A model generated the notes under the pieces. That model was not told where the DNA came from. It did not search any database and saw only the letters and a list, made by a program, of their open reading frames with translations. This document shows positions 11,250 to 21,752 of a stretch of DNA of 64,000 nt, piece by piece; within the stretch, counting starts at the first letter, position 1, and each line of letters starts with the position of its first letter. The stretch is from Amphiscolops sp. MND2022. Taxonomy: Eukaryota. The stretch is taken from positions 48,176,001 through 48,240,000 of the forward strand of contig OZ076409.1 of NCBI GenBank assembly GCA_964187785.1. The letters are read 5' to 3'. Made by a program: the position numbers and the translations under genes.

Positions 11250-13163
11250 TGTAGAAATTTTAGATTTCGAGGGCGGAGAGATTTCCTCACGAATCTAACT
11301 CCATCAGAAAAAGGATTTTTGGTGAATAAGTTCCGTTATTTCTATCGTGTTCTCGCTTATCCAAAGTCTCTCCAGTGCTCAAGTTATTCGGCTCTCCTTG
11401 ATTGACTAAGAAAGTTGAAGTAATAATCGAATCGAATTACTTTTTGTAGAGAAAATCAAATCTGGTTCTTTAACAACAATGGCTAACTAATAACTACATG
11501 CGTTACAGCCAACTAAGTCTCGCGCAAAATACAAGTGACGGACTTGTAGAATTTCTATCTCTAGCTCCAAGAGCTAACGACAAACAAGTTTTCTTTGCGA
11601 AGCCAGGTTTCTTGCCCCCGTCTCGAGGCTCCACTTGCTTGTAGCTCTCTAATTCGGTTGTGCCTATTCAGTATATTTCAATTCCTTCTCAATTATATTT
11701 ATTCATCGGTTTCATCATAACATCATATCCTATTTGACATTTTCGTTACATACAGGGCGTCGGCATATTGAGTTTGCATGTGTGTTTACCTTCATGTTTA
11801 TCCGTTACTTTTATGGTAAGGCGAACGCCACTGGTTATATTCCGACTAAACATTCCTTGCCGCCGATGGCAAATGATTCGTCAATGGTTTTACAAAGTTC
11901 ACATTTTTATAAGAATTCAAGTCACTCGAGAAATTTCTATTTTCGAGACAATTCTTCAATGACCTTCAGTTTCATGGTTTACATGTTCGTTACATATGTA
12001 AGGGGTACGTCCCCATCATTTTAAGTGCATTGCATTGCAATTCCTCTTGCTTGACTGAATTGAATAAACAATCACTCAAAAAAGCTGATATACATGTTTT
12101 ATTGTAAGTTTTTTCATATGTTCCGGGGTTGCATCTAAAATGACTTTGATGTCCGTCGGTGTCCTTGAAATTATTTGTAGCTATCCAAAGTTGCTACATG
12201 CCAAGTTATATCGTCCTAGGGTCAATGGTCTCCGAGTTATTTGATGTGCGTAACATTTATTTACTTAAGGCGGTCACCCCCGCATGGGTTACGAATACTG
12301 TTCCATTCACAATAGCAATCAACCACATTCGTTATTCCGGTCCATTTCAGATGATACAAGCCGAAGACAAATGTCAATTATCGGTCGGGCCCGCGCGTCT
12401 ACTCCCGCGTGCCTTAAACAAACATTACTCAGCGCGTGGTGGGCCGATCAATTTATCTTTCATGTATATCACTTAGGATTGGTAGATGTACATATTAGGC
12501 AAGTTTCATAATCCTCGGGTCATCCGTTGGCTATTTACATAACATTCGGGGTTTGTTTCCATAGGGTCGGTGCTCCTCCTACACGCGTCATAGGGTTCCA
12601 AAAATATGCGCAACCGGCTGAATATCCTATCAATTCCAAGTGCTATATGATTTATCCCCTGCTTCGCCGACGAATTCGTATGGGGGTCGACCTAGGTCAC
12701 TTCCGGTGGTAATATCTCGGGACCGGGTGGAGGTACGAGGTGGGGTATCTCGAGTTGAAAGTTGAGTTAACACCTCTGATTTATGCATGCCAAATTTCAG
12801 CGCGATCTGAGAAGTCCTTCTCAAAAACGTGTGGGATGGTGTTTTTTGGGGATGCCTCGCCTTTTGCATAAAGTAAAAATTTAGTAAAGTTCGCTCTACG
12901 GGATAAATTCTGTCTTAGCATGATTCGAACGATTACACGACGACGTCACTCACTGACTTGCTCAAACAATCAACCTCACTCTTTCTATTATTCGTACGCC
13001 AAAATTAAAACGCTAATTTCGCTAAATACGCCAAATTCGCCTTTCCGCTGTTTTTACTGACTTACGCAATTTGGAATGTCTGAAGTTTAGTTCGATCTAC
13101 AATCTGTGCTTCGCGCAAAATTGATGGGGTTTTCTTGAAACGCTAGGGTCTAAAAATTCCACA
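11250..13163 (-). repeat. 3' LTR of the gag-only Gypsy-like element
   Basis: TGTAGAAATTTT...AAAATTCCACA. Colinear with 26041-27937 and adjacent to the purine tract on the minus strand. Confidence 0.9.
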
Positions 13164-13192
13164 ATCTTCCCTTCTGGACTTTTCTTTTCCCG
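13164..13192 (-). promoter_or_regulatory. Polypurine tract
   Basis: Minus strand reads GGGAAAAGAAAAGTCCAGAAGGGAAGAT immediately before the 3' LTR. Confidence 0.75.
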
Positions 13193-13213
13193 AATAAACT
13201 TAGCGGTATTATC

Positions 13214-14137
13214 TGTTGGCGCCAGTCATCAGAAGGCAGAGAAACTCGATTCAGAACATGTTGGTTGAGATACGAGAACTTAAACTCCTAAAAACTTAGA
13301 TGAAAATTTGAAGAAAAGTCAATCGTCATAAAATCGAAAACCCCCCCCAGTCAGGGTTTTCTCTGCAACTAATAACCGTAGAGACTTGAAACTTGGCACA
13401 CATACGCAGATACCTAACACGAACACACCGGCTAAGTTTCAAGTTCATTCCCCCATTATAACCCCCTTTACCCCTCACATGTGTAGTATTCAAGGTCATT
13501 GAACCAAAAATGTAAACTTTGCTATTTACCTATATGACCACATTAGAATGTAACTCTGTTGAATTGATAATGTTTACATAGTGTAAACATACTTTCTAAC
13601 CCACCTAACCAACATGCCAAAACCACCATGTGCTTTGTTTACATAGCCAATAACTTTAATAATTCACTTAAATGTCATTTATTTATACAACATATTTTAA
13701 CTGATATTTGCTTATATTTACTGTAGAATTATAAACGATATGTATACTATTATTAGATAGAGATTTTCTCCACTGAATAGCTATAGTCAAGTTGGGTCTC
13801 AGGACCGCGAGACTAATTAATCTACTTCTCAATCTTCACAACTTGTCGCTAGAGTTAGAGCGACTAAGTAGCTACTCTCATAGTTGGAGAGCCGGAGCGC
13901 GTGAAGATACAGTGAAGGAAGTGAGTGTGTGCAGGATCACATCGGATCCAATTCAGTGCAAAGAGGAATCGCAGAAGATTCCACGGGTCACATCGGACCC
14001 ATCAAGCCAAAAGATACAGTCCTTTGAAACAAGAAACCAGGAATCGTTTAGTGACGGTCCACAGCACTAAGCAACGGATCAGGGCGGCGTAAAGCTTGTC
14101 AAGCCTCAGCGCAGGATAAGGGCAAGCAGCCGTTACA
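13214..14137 (+). repeat. BEL/Pao 5' LTR
   Basis: TGTTGGCGCC...GCCGTTACA. About 7 differences from the 3' LTR by manual comparison. Confidence 0.96.
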
Positions 14138-14139
14138 TT

Positions 14140-14156
14140 TGGTCCGCCGACCCGGA
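14140..14156 (+). promoter_or_regulatory. Primer binding site (probably tRNA-Tyr type)
   Basis: TGGTCCGCCGACCCGGA 2 nt after the LTR. Resembles the TGGTCCTTCGAGCCGGA tRNA-Tyr PBS common in BEL/Pao elements. Confidence 0.75.
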
Positions 14157-14271
14157 CAACTCGTTGGTGGACGACCCGGACTAGCAGAAGAAGACGAGGA
14201 CGAAGACGACTCGTTGGTGGACAACTGAGAAGATTGCCCAAGAAGAACAAGTGTCTGGATCTTGGAGTCGC

Positions 14272-14475
14272 TGCCACTGTGTCTCTGGGAGATTGGGCTA
14301 CTGTGTCTCTGGGAGATTGGGCTACTGTGTCTCTGGGAGAGTGGGATATTGTGTCTCTGGGAGATTGGGCTACTTTGTCTCTGGGAGATTGGGCTACTGT
14401 GTCTCTGGGAGATTGGGCTACTGTGTCGCTGGGAGAGTGGGCTATTGTGTCTCTGGGAGTTTGGGCTATTGTGAC
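14272..14475 (+). repeat. 24-bp tandem repeat (~8 copies) in the BEL 5' UTR
   Basis: Unit CTACTGTGTCTCTGGGAGATTGGG with a few substitutions. Confidence 0.95.
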
Positions 14476-14499
14476 TTTGGGAACTGAGAAGAGAAAAAA

Positions 14500-17400
14500 A
14501 TGGCTCAACCAAAACGGTTTGATATCAACAAAGTTGAAAACTTTCTGAAGAACTCTGCAGACGCGGCCCAAATTGTGAGTCATTGGAATGCAGCGTACGA
14601 GCACGGCGAGACTATCAGAACAATTGATGAAAACCTAGCTAGGAATGATGACAACAAACAGATAGCAGAGCTACTGTTACGACGAATAGATGTCATAAAC
14701 AGGCGAGAACGACTCTTTAAGGCAATCCAAAATGCAATCAAAATCAAGTACCAACCCCAGATAACCGAAATGTTCTCAACAGTGATCCAAGTGATAAAGA
14801 GTCGATTTGTTGAGTTGCAGCAACAAAACTCTAGCATTGGAAAGTTGATAATACTGATGTCAGCATTGCAAGATGAAAATCAGATACTGAACTATCTGGA
14901 TCTTGAAGAAAAGAAACGTGCTATTGATGAAAGAATCGCCCACAACGAAAAGTTGCGCGAGGAACGAATTGAAAACGGCGAGGACGCCGAAGAAGATTAC
15001 GCAGCAGCATGTCAAGCATTGCTTCAAGAGAGGTCTGACCTTAAATTGAAAATTGAAGCTCTCCTAAAGTCAGGAGAAGCTGGAGCCATTTTGCGAAGCC
15101 TTGAAGACGCCGAACAAAGACTGGCAGACGTTCGCGCAAGCGTAGCCGCAGACAAATCAAGTAGAAATGACACTTCAACACAAAAGGAGCCCGAACCAGA
15201 CGAGGAGCAGAAAGAAGACAATGGTTATAACGCGGATGACAGCCAAGAGCGAAACAAATGTGCTAGATCATTGCCAATAGAAGAATTGAGCATACACTCG
15301 CGAAGTAAAAGAACCAAAAGCAACAAAACGTCTGTGATTTCAAAAACATCAAGTGCAAGACGAGTTCTCGATTTGGAACTAAACGCTTTGAAAGAGCAAG
15401 AAGAATTGCAAAGTCGCCTGGAGAAACTCAGACGCAATGCGGAACAGAATGAAATAGCAGACTTACAAGAAAAGCTGGCCCGCAAAGCCAAAATAGCCGA
15501 AAAAGAAATAGAGATGGCGAAAGTTCCGAGTAGTTGTGGGTCTAGTTTCCGGAGTATCTCACCAGTCGAGACTCCAGACGACAACCTGACGAAAGTCTCA
15601 GATTGGATGGACAAGACAGAAGAAGCTGAAAACGTGGCATCGACGACTAACGTGCCATCTGTATACCAGCAAACGTCCGTCTCAGCACCAGTAGTAACAG
15701 TACAATCGATGCATGAAGGACAATGCTCCGCGCTAGTTGGGGACTTGAACCCTCCAGTGAAACCGACTATATCCACCGAAGCCGCTAGTCGAGGTATTGG
15801 AAAGCACAGAACAAAGACTGTCATAGATGCTGTCAGTCAAAGTGCAACAGCACAACCAGAAGTGAAATTCGCCCCATCGAAGCCGTCGATGACTCTCAGT
15901 GCAGACCCGAATCGGTTACCGCCTACGTTTGGAGGCATCCAGAGTGGTGCATTTCAAGTACCACAGCTTGCGAACACACAGAAGCAGTATATGCCAAGTC
16001 AAGGGCCAAACATAGTGTCAAATGCGAGAGATGACTACTACATCAGATCCAGCTTGCCAAAACTGAAGCTGGCAGAGTTTTCAGGTGACCCATTGGAGTG
16101 GCCAGAGTGGTCACAACTGTTTCAGGCAACCGTCCACGCAGCAAACATGGACGACAGTGTAAAAATGAATCACTTGAAAACAATGGTAACGGGCAAAGCC
16201 AAAGAGGCGATTGCTGGCCTTGGGTACACCGCTGAGATGTACAATGTGGCGTGGAACGTTCTAGTTCGAAACTTTGGAAAACCGCAGATGGTTGTGAATG
16301 CTCAGCTGAAGCGAATATACTCCTTTCCACCGATGAAACCGTATGACGGAGCAGCATTGATCAAGTTTGCGAGAATAGTGTCGAGTTGCGTGAATGTTTT
16401 GACACAATTCAACTACGTGGGAGACCTAAACTCAGAAGGAGTTCTGGGCAGTGCCACAAGGAAGTTAACACTGGACATGAAAACGAAGTGGCTCACTTAT
16501 GTCAAGCAAATGAACCTGTGTCAACCTGGACTCGCTGTGTTCAGTGAATGGCTCAATGATATAGCAGATGTTCAAGACGAATTGCTTTTGTCTTCAAACC
16601 CGAATGCTGATCGCGCGAAGTCGAACTACAAGGAAAAGACCAAAGGCTCCACGTTTGCCACATCAACAACAAACACAACCAGTGACAACTCAAAATACCA
16701 GCGAGAGTGTGCGCTGAAAGATGGCAAACATCCAATATGGAAATGTGAGAAGTTCAAGAAGATGAACGTCGAAGAAAGGGGACAAAAGGCGAAAGAGCTG
16801 AAATTGTGCTTCAAATGCTTGTCAGACGCACATCAGATGAGAAATTGCTCTGGTAGACTCTGCGATGTGAATGGTTGCGGAAAACCCCATCACAGATTGC
16901 TACACAGACCATACAAGAATGTGGAACAAAAGAAAAATGTTGAAAATGTCGATGAGGTCTCAAACCTGTCCTCAATGAGAAGCAGTGGAGTGCTTCCAGT
17001 CATTCCAGTATCGATAGGGAGTGGGAGCAAAACTGTGAAAACGTTCGTTTTGTGTGACTCTGGAGCAAGCCTGTCCTTTGTGGACGAGAGCCTGATGAAA
17101 GCGCTAAATCTGACGGGACAGCCAGTGGATTTGAATGTTGCAGGGATTCATGGAACGTCAGATATTAGTAGTAAACGACTTCGAGTCAAGATTGGAGATC
17201 AGGACGGAAAAGTCAAAGAAGATATCATGGCCTATAGTCATCCCGACGTAAATGCAGGAAATCGAACGTACAACCTCAAGAAATTGAAGGAAGAATATCC
17301 ACACCTGTCAGTGCTGAAAGATTCTACCATCAACCTGAAAGAGGTGAAAGTCATCTTGGGCCAAGATTGCTACCACTTGCATAGAGCAATCGACTATAGA

Positions 17401-20400
17401 AAGTGTGGAAACGCCAAGCCCTGGGCAGTGCGAACGAAGCTGGGATGGATGCTCAGTGGTCCATTGCCTCAGCAAGAGACAGCAAAGCTCGCAACTGAAA
17501 GTCTAGTTGCAGCAGAAGTGGACCCGTTAGCGGATCAAGTGAAGTCTTGGTGGAGCATGGAATCGTATGCTTCCAATTGCAGCGCATCCGGAAGGTCCAA
17601 GGAAGACGAGCGAGCCCTCGAAATGCTCAAAGCAACCACGAAGTTCGACGGAAAGAGATACGAGGTCGGGCTACTTTGGAAAAATGCAAAGCCGCATTTG
17701 CCAAACAATTACAGTTCGGCAGTAAGTCAATTGAAGTCTCTCGAGCGCCGACTGGAAAAGGATGCGAACTTGAAACAACGCTACAAAGAGACAATTGATG
17801 TGGACGTACAAAAGGGCTTTGTGCGAGTTTTGGACGAAGCAGAGCTTGAAAACACTAATTCAGACCTTCAGTGGTATGTTCCGCATCTCCCTGTGCTGAA
17901 CCCGAACAAGCCGGACAAAGTGAGACGAGTGTGCAACGCTGCCTCAAAGTTCGGAGGTGTTTCGCTGAATGATAACTTGATGGCCGGTCCAGACCTCCTA
18001 CAATCGCTGATAGGAATTATCTTCAGATTCAGGGAAAAGGAAATCGCCCTGACAGCAGACGTCGAAGCAATGTTTCTCCAAGTGAAAGTACCCCCTACTG
18101 ATTGCAGAGTACTGAGATTTTTGTGGAGAGAAAACCACACTGACCCTATCTCTGTGTATGAATATGGAAGACACATTTTTGGAGCTAAGAGTTCGCCAAC
18201 ATGTGTCAACTACGCTTTGCAACAAGTCGGACGAGACAGCAGAGATGACAATGGGATGGTTGCAAAGTTGATCAACAGAAACTTCTATATGGACGATTTG
18301 GTGAAGTCAGTAGCTTCGAGGGAAGAAGCTGTGGAAGCGTATAAGTGCTTGCGAAAATCCTTAGCGGATCGTGGCTTTCAACTAACGAAATGGATCTGCA
18401 ACTCAGAGAAAGTAATGGAAGAAATTCCTTCTGAAGATAGATCAGACGCGCTAAGTAAAACATTCGAAGCTGAACCCTTGGCACCCTCTATCTTGGGACT
18501 CCAGTGGAATGTGGAGTCAGACAGTCTTGAGATTTGCCGCGGTACGGGAAAAGAGGTGCCTGTCAAGATCACTCAGAGAATTGTTCTATCTCACGTATCC
18601 TCTGTGTTTGACCCGTTTGGATTGTTTTCCCCCTTCACAGTGAGAATGAGATTGTTGCTCAAAGGAATTTGGAAGAAGCATGGGCAATCGTGGGACGAAC
18701 AAGTTTCTCCAGAAGACGAGATTGCTTTCAAGGATTGGGCATCGGAGTTGAGTCACATGAATGAAATGGCTATCAAAAGAAAATATCTATCGAAAAATGC
18801 TGAAGTAGTGGATTTGCATATTTTCGCCGATGCATCCCTGGAAGCCATGTGCATAGTTGCCTACTTTCGAGATCAACAAACTGGAGAGCTTGCCTATGTG
18901 TTAGGGAAATGCCGAGTAGCGCCAATGAAGCAACAATCAATTCCCCGACTAGAGCTACAAGCAGCCATGTATGGAACCCGATTAAAACAACTGATCGTAG
19001 ACGAACACGACATTCAAGTTGAACGAACTTTCTTTTGGACGGATTCGACAACCGTTTTGCAATGGTTGCATGGAGCTGACAAGAAACAACCGGTGTTTGT
19101 AGCGAATAGAGTCGCTGAAATCCTTGACAGTTCAACTATTGATCAGTGGAGACATGTCGAAGGAACCTTAAACCCTGCCGACATTGGAACAAGAGGAAAA
19201 TCCGTCCACGAATTAGAAAAGAGCGAGTGGTTCACAGGGCCGGCATGGCTTCAAGAAAAGGAAGATGCTTGGCCACAAACCTCACCACAGTTGTTTCAGC
19301 AGAAAACAGAAGACATAGAGCAAGTCTTTGAAGTCGTGTCAGAAGAAAAAGACATTGATTGGGAGAAGTTCGGTTCTTTCAGAAGAATGACCCGGATCTT
19401 CGCCTATTGCCTTCGGTTCAAATCAAAAATCAAAGGAAAGGTGGTAATAACAGAAGAAATGCAGCAAGTGATCCGACTATTACTGAGGAAAAGTCAGATG
19501 GAAAGCTTCTGTCAAAGTTATCAAGCATTGGCCGCAGGTAAACCCCTGGCGGCATTTGATCACTTGAACAAACTATCACCATTTATGGACGATCAGAACC
19601 TCATGCGATTCAGAGGACGACTGCGTCACGCTGATGCCAGTTATGAAATGAAACATCCAATTTTGCTATCTGCGAAGCATCCAATAGTGAGGAAATTGAT
19701 TGAAGATGCTCACGAAAGTAACTATCATGAAGGAACAGAGTATGTTCGCAGTATTTTGCAGCAAAATTACTGGATAATTGGACTCCGAAACGCGCTCAGA
19801 AATGTGAAATTGAAGTGTGTTAAGTGCAGAAAGCAACAAGTTGGAGGAGTTCAACCTTTCATGGCAGACCTACCTAAAGAAAGATTGGAAGAAAGAGTTT
19901 TCCCTTTTGCCAATACTGGCGTAGACTATTTTGGACCATTCGAAGTGAGATTCATGAGGAAATCAATGAAACGATGGTGTTGTCTATTCACATGTTTAAC
20001 AACAAGAGCTGTGCATATTGAAGTCGTGCCCAGCCTGGAAGCCGACGCATGTCTTGCTGCAATTACGAGATTCATGGCACGAAGAGGAAAACCCAACGTC
20101 ATTCTAAGTGACAATGGAACAAATTTCGTGGGCGCAGCAAGAGAAATGCGAGAATGGATAGAAGCTTGGAATCAATCAGATATTGAGCAGTCTTTGGCTC
20201 TAAAGCAAATAAAATGGAAGTTCAACCCCCCAGGTGCGCCGCATTTTGGAGGTGTTTGGGAGCGAATGGTCAGAAGCTGCAAGAAAGCTATGATGGCAAT
20301 AGTCGGAAACAGAACACTGACAGATGATGTACTATCCACAACTATGTGTCTAGTCGAGCAGATATTGAATTCGAGACCTCTGACTAGTGCCAGTGATGAT

Positions 20401-20883
20401 CCGGAAGATTTGGAAGCTTTGACTCCAAATCACTTCCTGCTAGGACGTGCAAGTCCAGCAACCCCATTTATTCCTGACGCTCAGCGATATACAGATCTGA
20501 GAAGAGTATTCAGAGTATCACAAGCATACGCAGACATGATTTGGAGCAGATGGAATAGAGAATATTTACCCCAATGGAATGAGAGATCTAAATGGAATAA
20601 AGAAGAAGTTAGACAACTGGAAGTCAATGATTTGGTTTGGATAGTGGACGAGAATGTAAAAAGAGCACACTACAAGATGGGTAGATTGTTGGAAGTCTAT
20701 CATGGAAGCGATGGGCGAGTGAGATCAGCGCTGGTGAAAACGGAAGATGGAAAACTCAAAAGACCAGTAGTGAAACTGGCACCCATGTTCTACGAAAGTG
20801 TTTTTCGGGAGAAAAACAGGGCCGGCAATGTTGGCGCCAACCATCAGAAGGCAGAGAAACTCGATTCAGAACATGTTGGTTGA
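14500..20883 (+). CDS. BEL/Pao Gag-Pol polyprotein (Gag, Zn knuckles, aspartic protease, RT, RNase H, integrase)
   Basis: LPKLKLAEFSGDPLEW gag domain; three Cys/His knuckles; LCDSGA protease; NFYMDD RT; LHIFADAS RNase H; HHCC plus GVDYFG/SDNGTNF/WERMV integrase. The ORF ends 55 nt inside the 3' LTR. Confidence 0.97.
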   Translation: MAQPKRFDINKVENFLKNSADAAQIVSHWNAAYEHGETIRTIDENLARNDDNKQIAELLLRRIDVINRRERLFKAIQNAIKIKYQPQITEMFSTVIQVIKSRFVELQQQNSSIGKLIILMSALQDENQILNYLDLEEKKRAIDERIAHNEKLREERIENGEDAEEDYAAACQALLQERSDLKLKIEALLKSGEAGAILRSLEDAEQRLADVRASVAADKSSRNDTSTQKEPEPDEEQKEDNGYNADDSQERNKCARSLPIEELSIHSRSKRTKSNKTSVISKTSSARRVLDLELNALKEQEELQSRLEKLRRNAEQNEIADLQEKLARKAKIAEKEIEMAKVPSSCGSSFRSISPVETPDDNLTKVSDWMDKTEEAENVASTTNVPSVYQQTSVSAPVVTVQSMHEGQCSALVGDLNPPVKPTISTEAASRGIGKHRTKTVIDAVSQSATAQPEVKFAPSKPSMTLSADPNRLPPTFGGIQSGAFQVPQLANTQKQYMPSQGPNIVSNARDDYYIRSSLPKLKLAEFSGDPLEWPEWSQLFQATVHAANMDDSVKMNHLKTMVTGKAKEAIAGLGYTAEMYNVAWNVLVRNFGKPQMVVNAQLKRIYSFPPMKPYDGAALIKFARIVSSCVNVLTQFNYVGDLNSEGVLGSATRKLTLDMKTKWLTYVKQMNLCQPGLAVFSEWLNDIADVQDELLLSSNPNADRAKSNYKEKTKGSTFATSTTNTTSDNSKYQRECALKDGKHPIWKCEKFKKMNVEERGQKAKELKLCFKCLSDAHQMRNCSGRLCDVNGCGKPHHRLLHRPYKNVEQKKNVENVDEVSNLSSMRSSGVLPVIPVSIGSGSKTVKTFVLCDSGASLSFVDESLMKALNLTGQPVDLNVAGIHGTSDISSKRLRVKIGDQDGKVKEDIMAYSHPDVNAGNRTYNLKKLKEEYPHLSVLKDSTINLKEVKVILGQDCYHLHRAIDYRKCGNAKPWAVRTKLGWMLSGPLPQQETAKLATESLVAAEVDPLADQVKSWWSMESYASNCSASGRSKEDERALEMLKATTKFDGKRYEVGLLWKNAKPHLPNNYSSAVSQLKSLERRLEKDANLKQRYKETIDVDVQKGFVRVLDEAELENTNSDLQWYVPHLPVLNPNKPDKVRRVCNAASKFGGVSLNDNLMAGPDLLQSLIGIIFRFREKEIALTADVEAMFLQVKVPPTDCRVLRFLWRENHTDPISVYEYGRHIFGAKSSPTCVNYALQQVGRDSRDDNGMVAKLINRNFYMDDLVKSVASREEAVEAYKCLRKSLADRGFQLTKWICNSEKVMEEIPSEDRSDALSKTFEAEPLAPSILGLQWNVESDSLEICRGTGKEVPVKITQRIVLSHVSSVFDPFGLFSPFTVRMRLLLKGIWKKHGQSWDEQVSPEDEIAFKDWASELSHMNEMAIKRKYLSKNAEVVDLHIFADASLEAMCIVAYFRDQQTGELAYVLGKCRVAPMKQQSIPRLELQAAMYGTRLKQLIVDEHDIQVERTFFWTDSTTVLQWLHGADKKQPVFVANRVAEILDSSTIDQWRHVEGTLNPADIGTRGKSVHELEKSEWFTGPAWLQEKEDAWPQTSPQLFQQKTEDIEQVFEVVSEEKDIDWEKFGSFRRMTRIFAYCLRFKSKIKGKVVITEEMQQVIRLLLRKSQMESFCQSYQALAAGKPLAAFDHLNKLSPFMDDQNLMRFRGRLRHADASYEMKHPILLSAKHPIVRKLIEDAHESNYHEGTEYVRSILQQNYWIIGLRNALRNVKLKCVKCRKQQVGGVQPFMADLPKERLEERVFPFANTGVDYFGPFEVRFMRKSMKRWCCLFTCLTTRAVHIEVVPSLEADACLAAITRFMARRGKPNVILSDNGTNFVGAAREMREWIEAWNQSDIEQSLALKQIKWKFNPPGAPHFGGVWERMVRSCKKAMMAIVGNRTLTDDVLSTTMCLVEQILNSRPLTSASDDPEDLEALTPNHFLLGRASPATPFIPDAQRYTDLRRVFRVSQAYADMIWSRWNREYLPQWNERSKWNKEEVRQLEVNDLVWIVDENVKRAHYKMGRLLEVYHGSDGRVRSALVKTEDGKLKRPVVKLAPMFYESVFREKNRAGNVGANHQKAEKLDSEHVG

Positions 20884-21752
20884 GATACCAGAACTTAAAC
20901 TCCTAAAAACTTAGATGAAAATTTGAAGAAAAGTCAATCGTCATAAAATCGAAAAACCCCCCCAGTCAGGGTTTTCTCTGCAACTAATAACCGTAGAGAC
21001 TTGAAACTTGGCACACATACGCAGATACCTAACACGAACACACCGGCTAAGTTTCAAGTTCATTCCCCCATTATAACCCCCTTTACCCCTCACATGTGTA
21101 GTATTCAAGGTCATTGAACCAAAAATGTAAACTTTGCTATTTACCTATATGACCACATTAGAATGTAACTCTGTTGAATTGATAGTGTTTACATAGTGTA
21201 AACATACTTTCTAACCCACCTAACCAACATGCCAAAACCACCATGTGCTTTGTTTACATAGCCAATAACTTTAATAATTCACTTAAATGTCATTTATTTA
21301 TACAACATATTTTAACTGATATTTGCTTATATTTACTGTAGAATTGTAAACGATATGTATACTATTATTAGATAGAGATTTTCTCCACTGAATAGCTATA
21401 GTCAAGTTGGGTCTCAGGACCGCGAGACTAATTAATCTACTTCTCAATCTTCACAACTTGTCGCTAGAGTTAGAGCGACTAAGTAGCTACTCTCATAGTT
21501 GGAGAGCCGGAGCGCGTGAAGATACAGTGAGGGAAGTGAGTGTGTGCAGGATCACATCGGATCCAATTCAGTGCAAAGAGGAATCGCAGAAGATTCCACG
21601 GGTCACATCGGACCCATCAAGCCAAAAGATACAGTCCTTTGAAACAAGAAACCAGGAATCGTTTAGTGACGGTCCACAGCACTAAGCAACGGATCAGGGC
21701 GGCGTAAAGCTTGTCAAGCCTCAGCGCAGGATAAGGGCAAGCAGCCGTTACA
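20829..21752 (+). repeat. BEL/Pao 3' LTR
   Basis: Near-identical to 13214-14137 and followed by the TSD TTATC. Confidence 0.96.

Larger units (their letters stand above)
13214..21752 (+). mobile_element. Intact BEL/Pao LTR retrotransposon
   Basis: Two 924-bp TG...CA LTRs, 5-bp TSD TTATC (13209-13213 and 21753-21757), PBS, and a single uninterrupted gag-pol ORF. Confidence 0.97.

Noticed and set aside
11734..12869. Short ORFs duplicated at 26421-27748
   Set aside because: They recur only because they lie in the two LTRs; no protein motifs.
13792..14070. 92-aa ORF duplicated at 21407-21685
   Set aside because: Inside the BEL LTR, non-ATG start, no recognisable domain.
14002..14604. Several overlapping repetitive ORFs (SPRDTVAQ, WATVSLGD and others)
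   Set aside because: Artefacts of a 24-bp tandem repeat lacking stop codons.
14580..20114. Antisense and alternate-frame ORFs within the BEL polyprotein
   Set aside because: Shadow ORFs of a long coding sequence.
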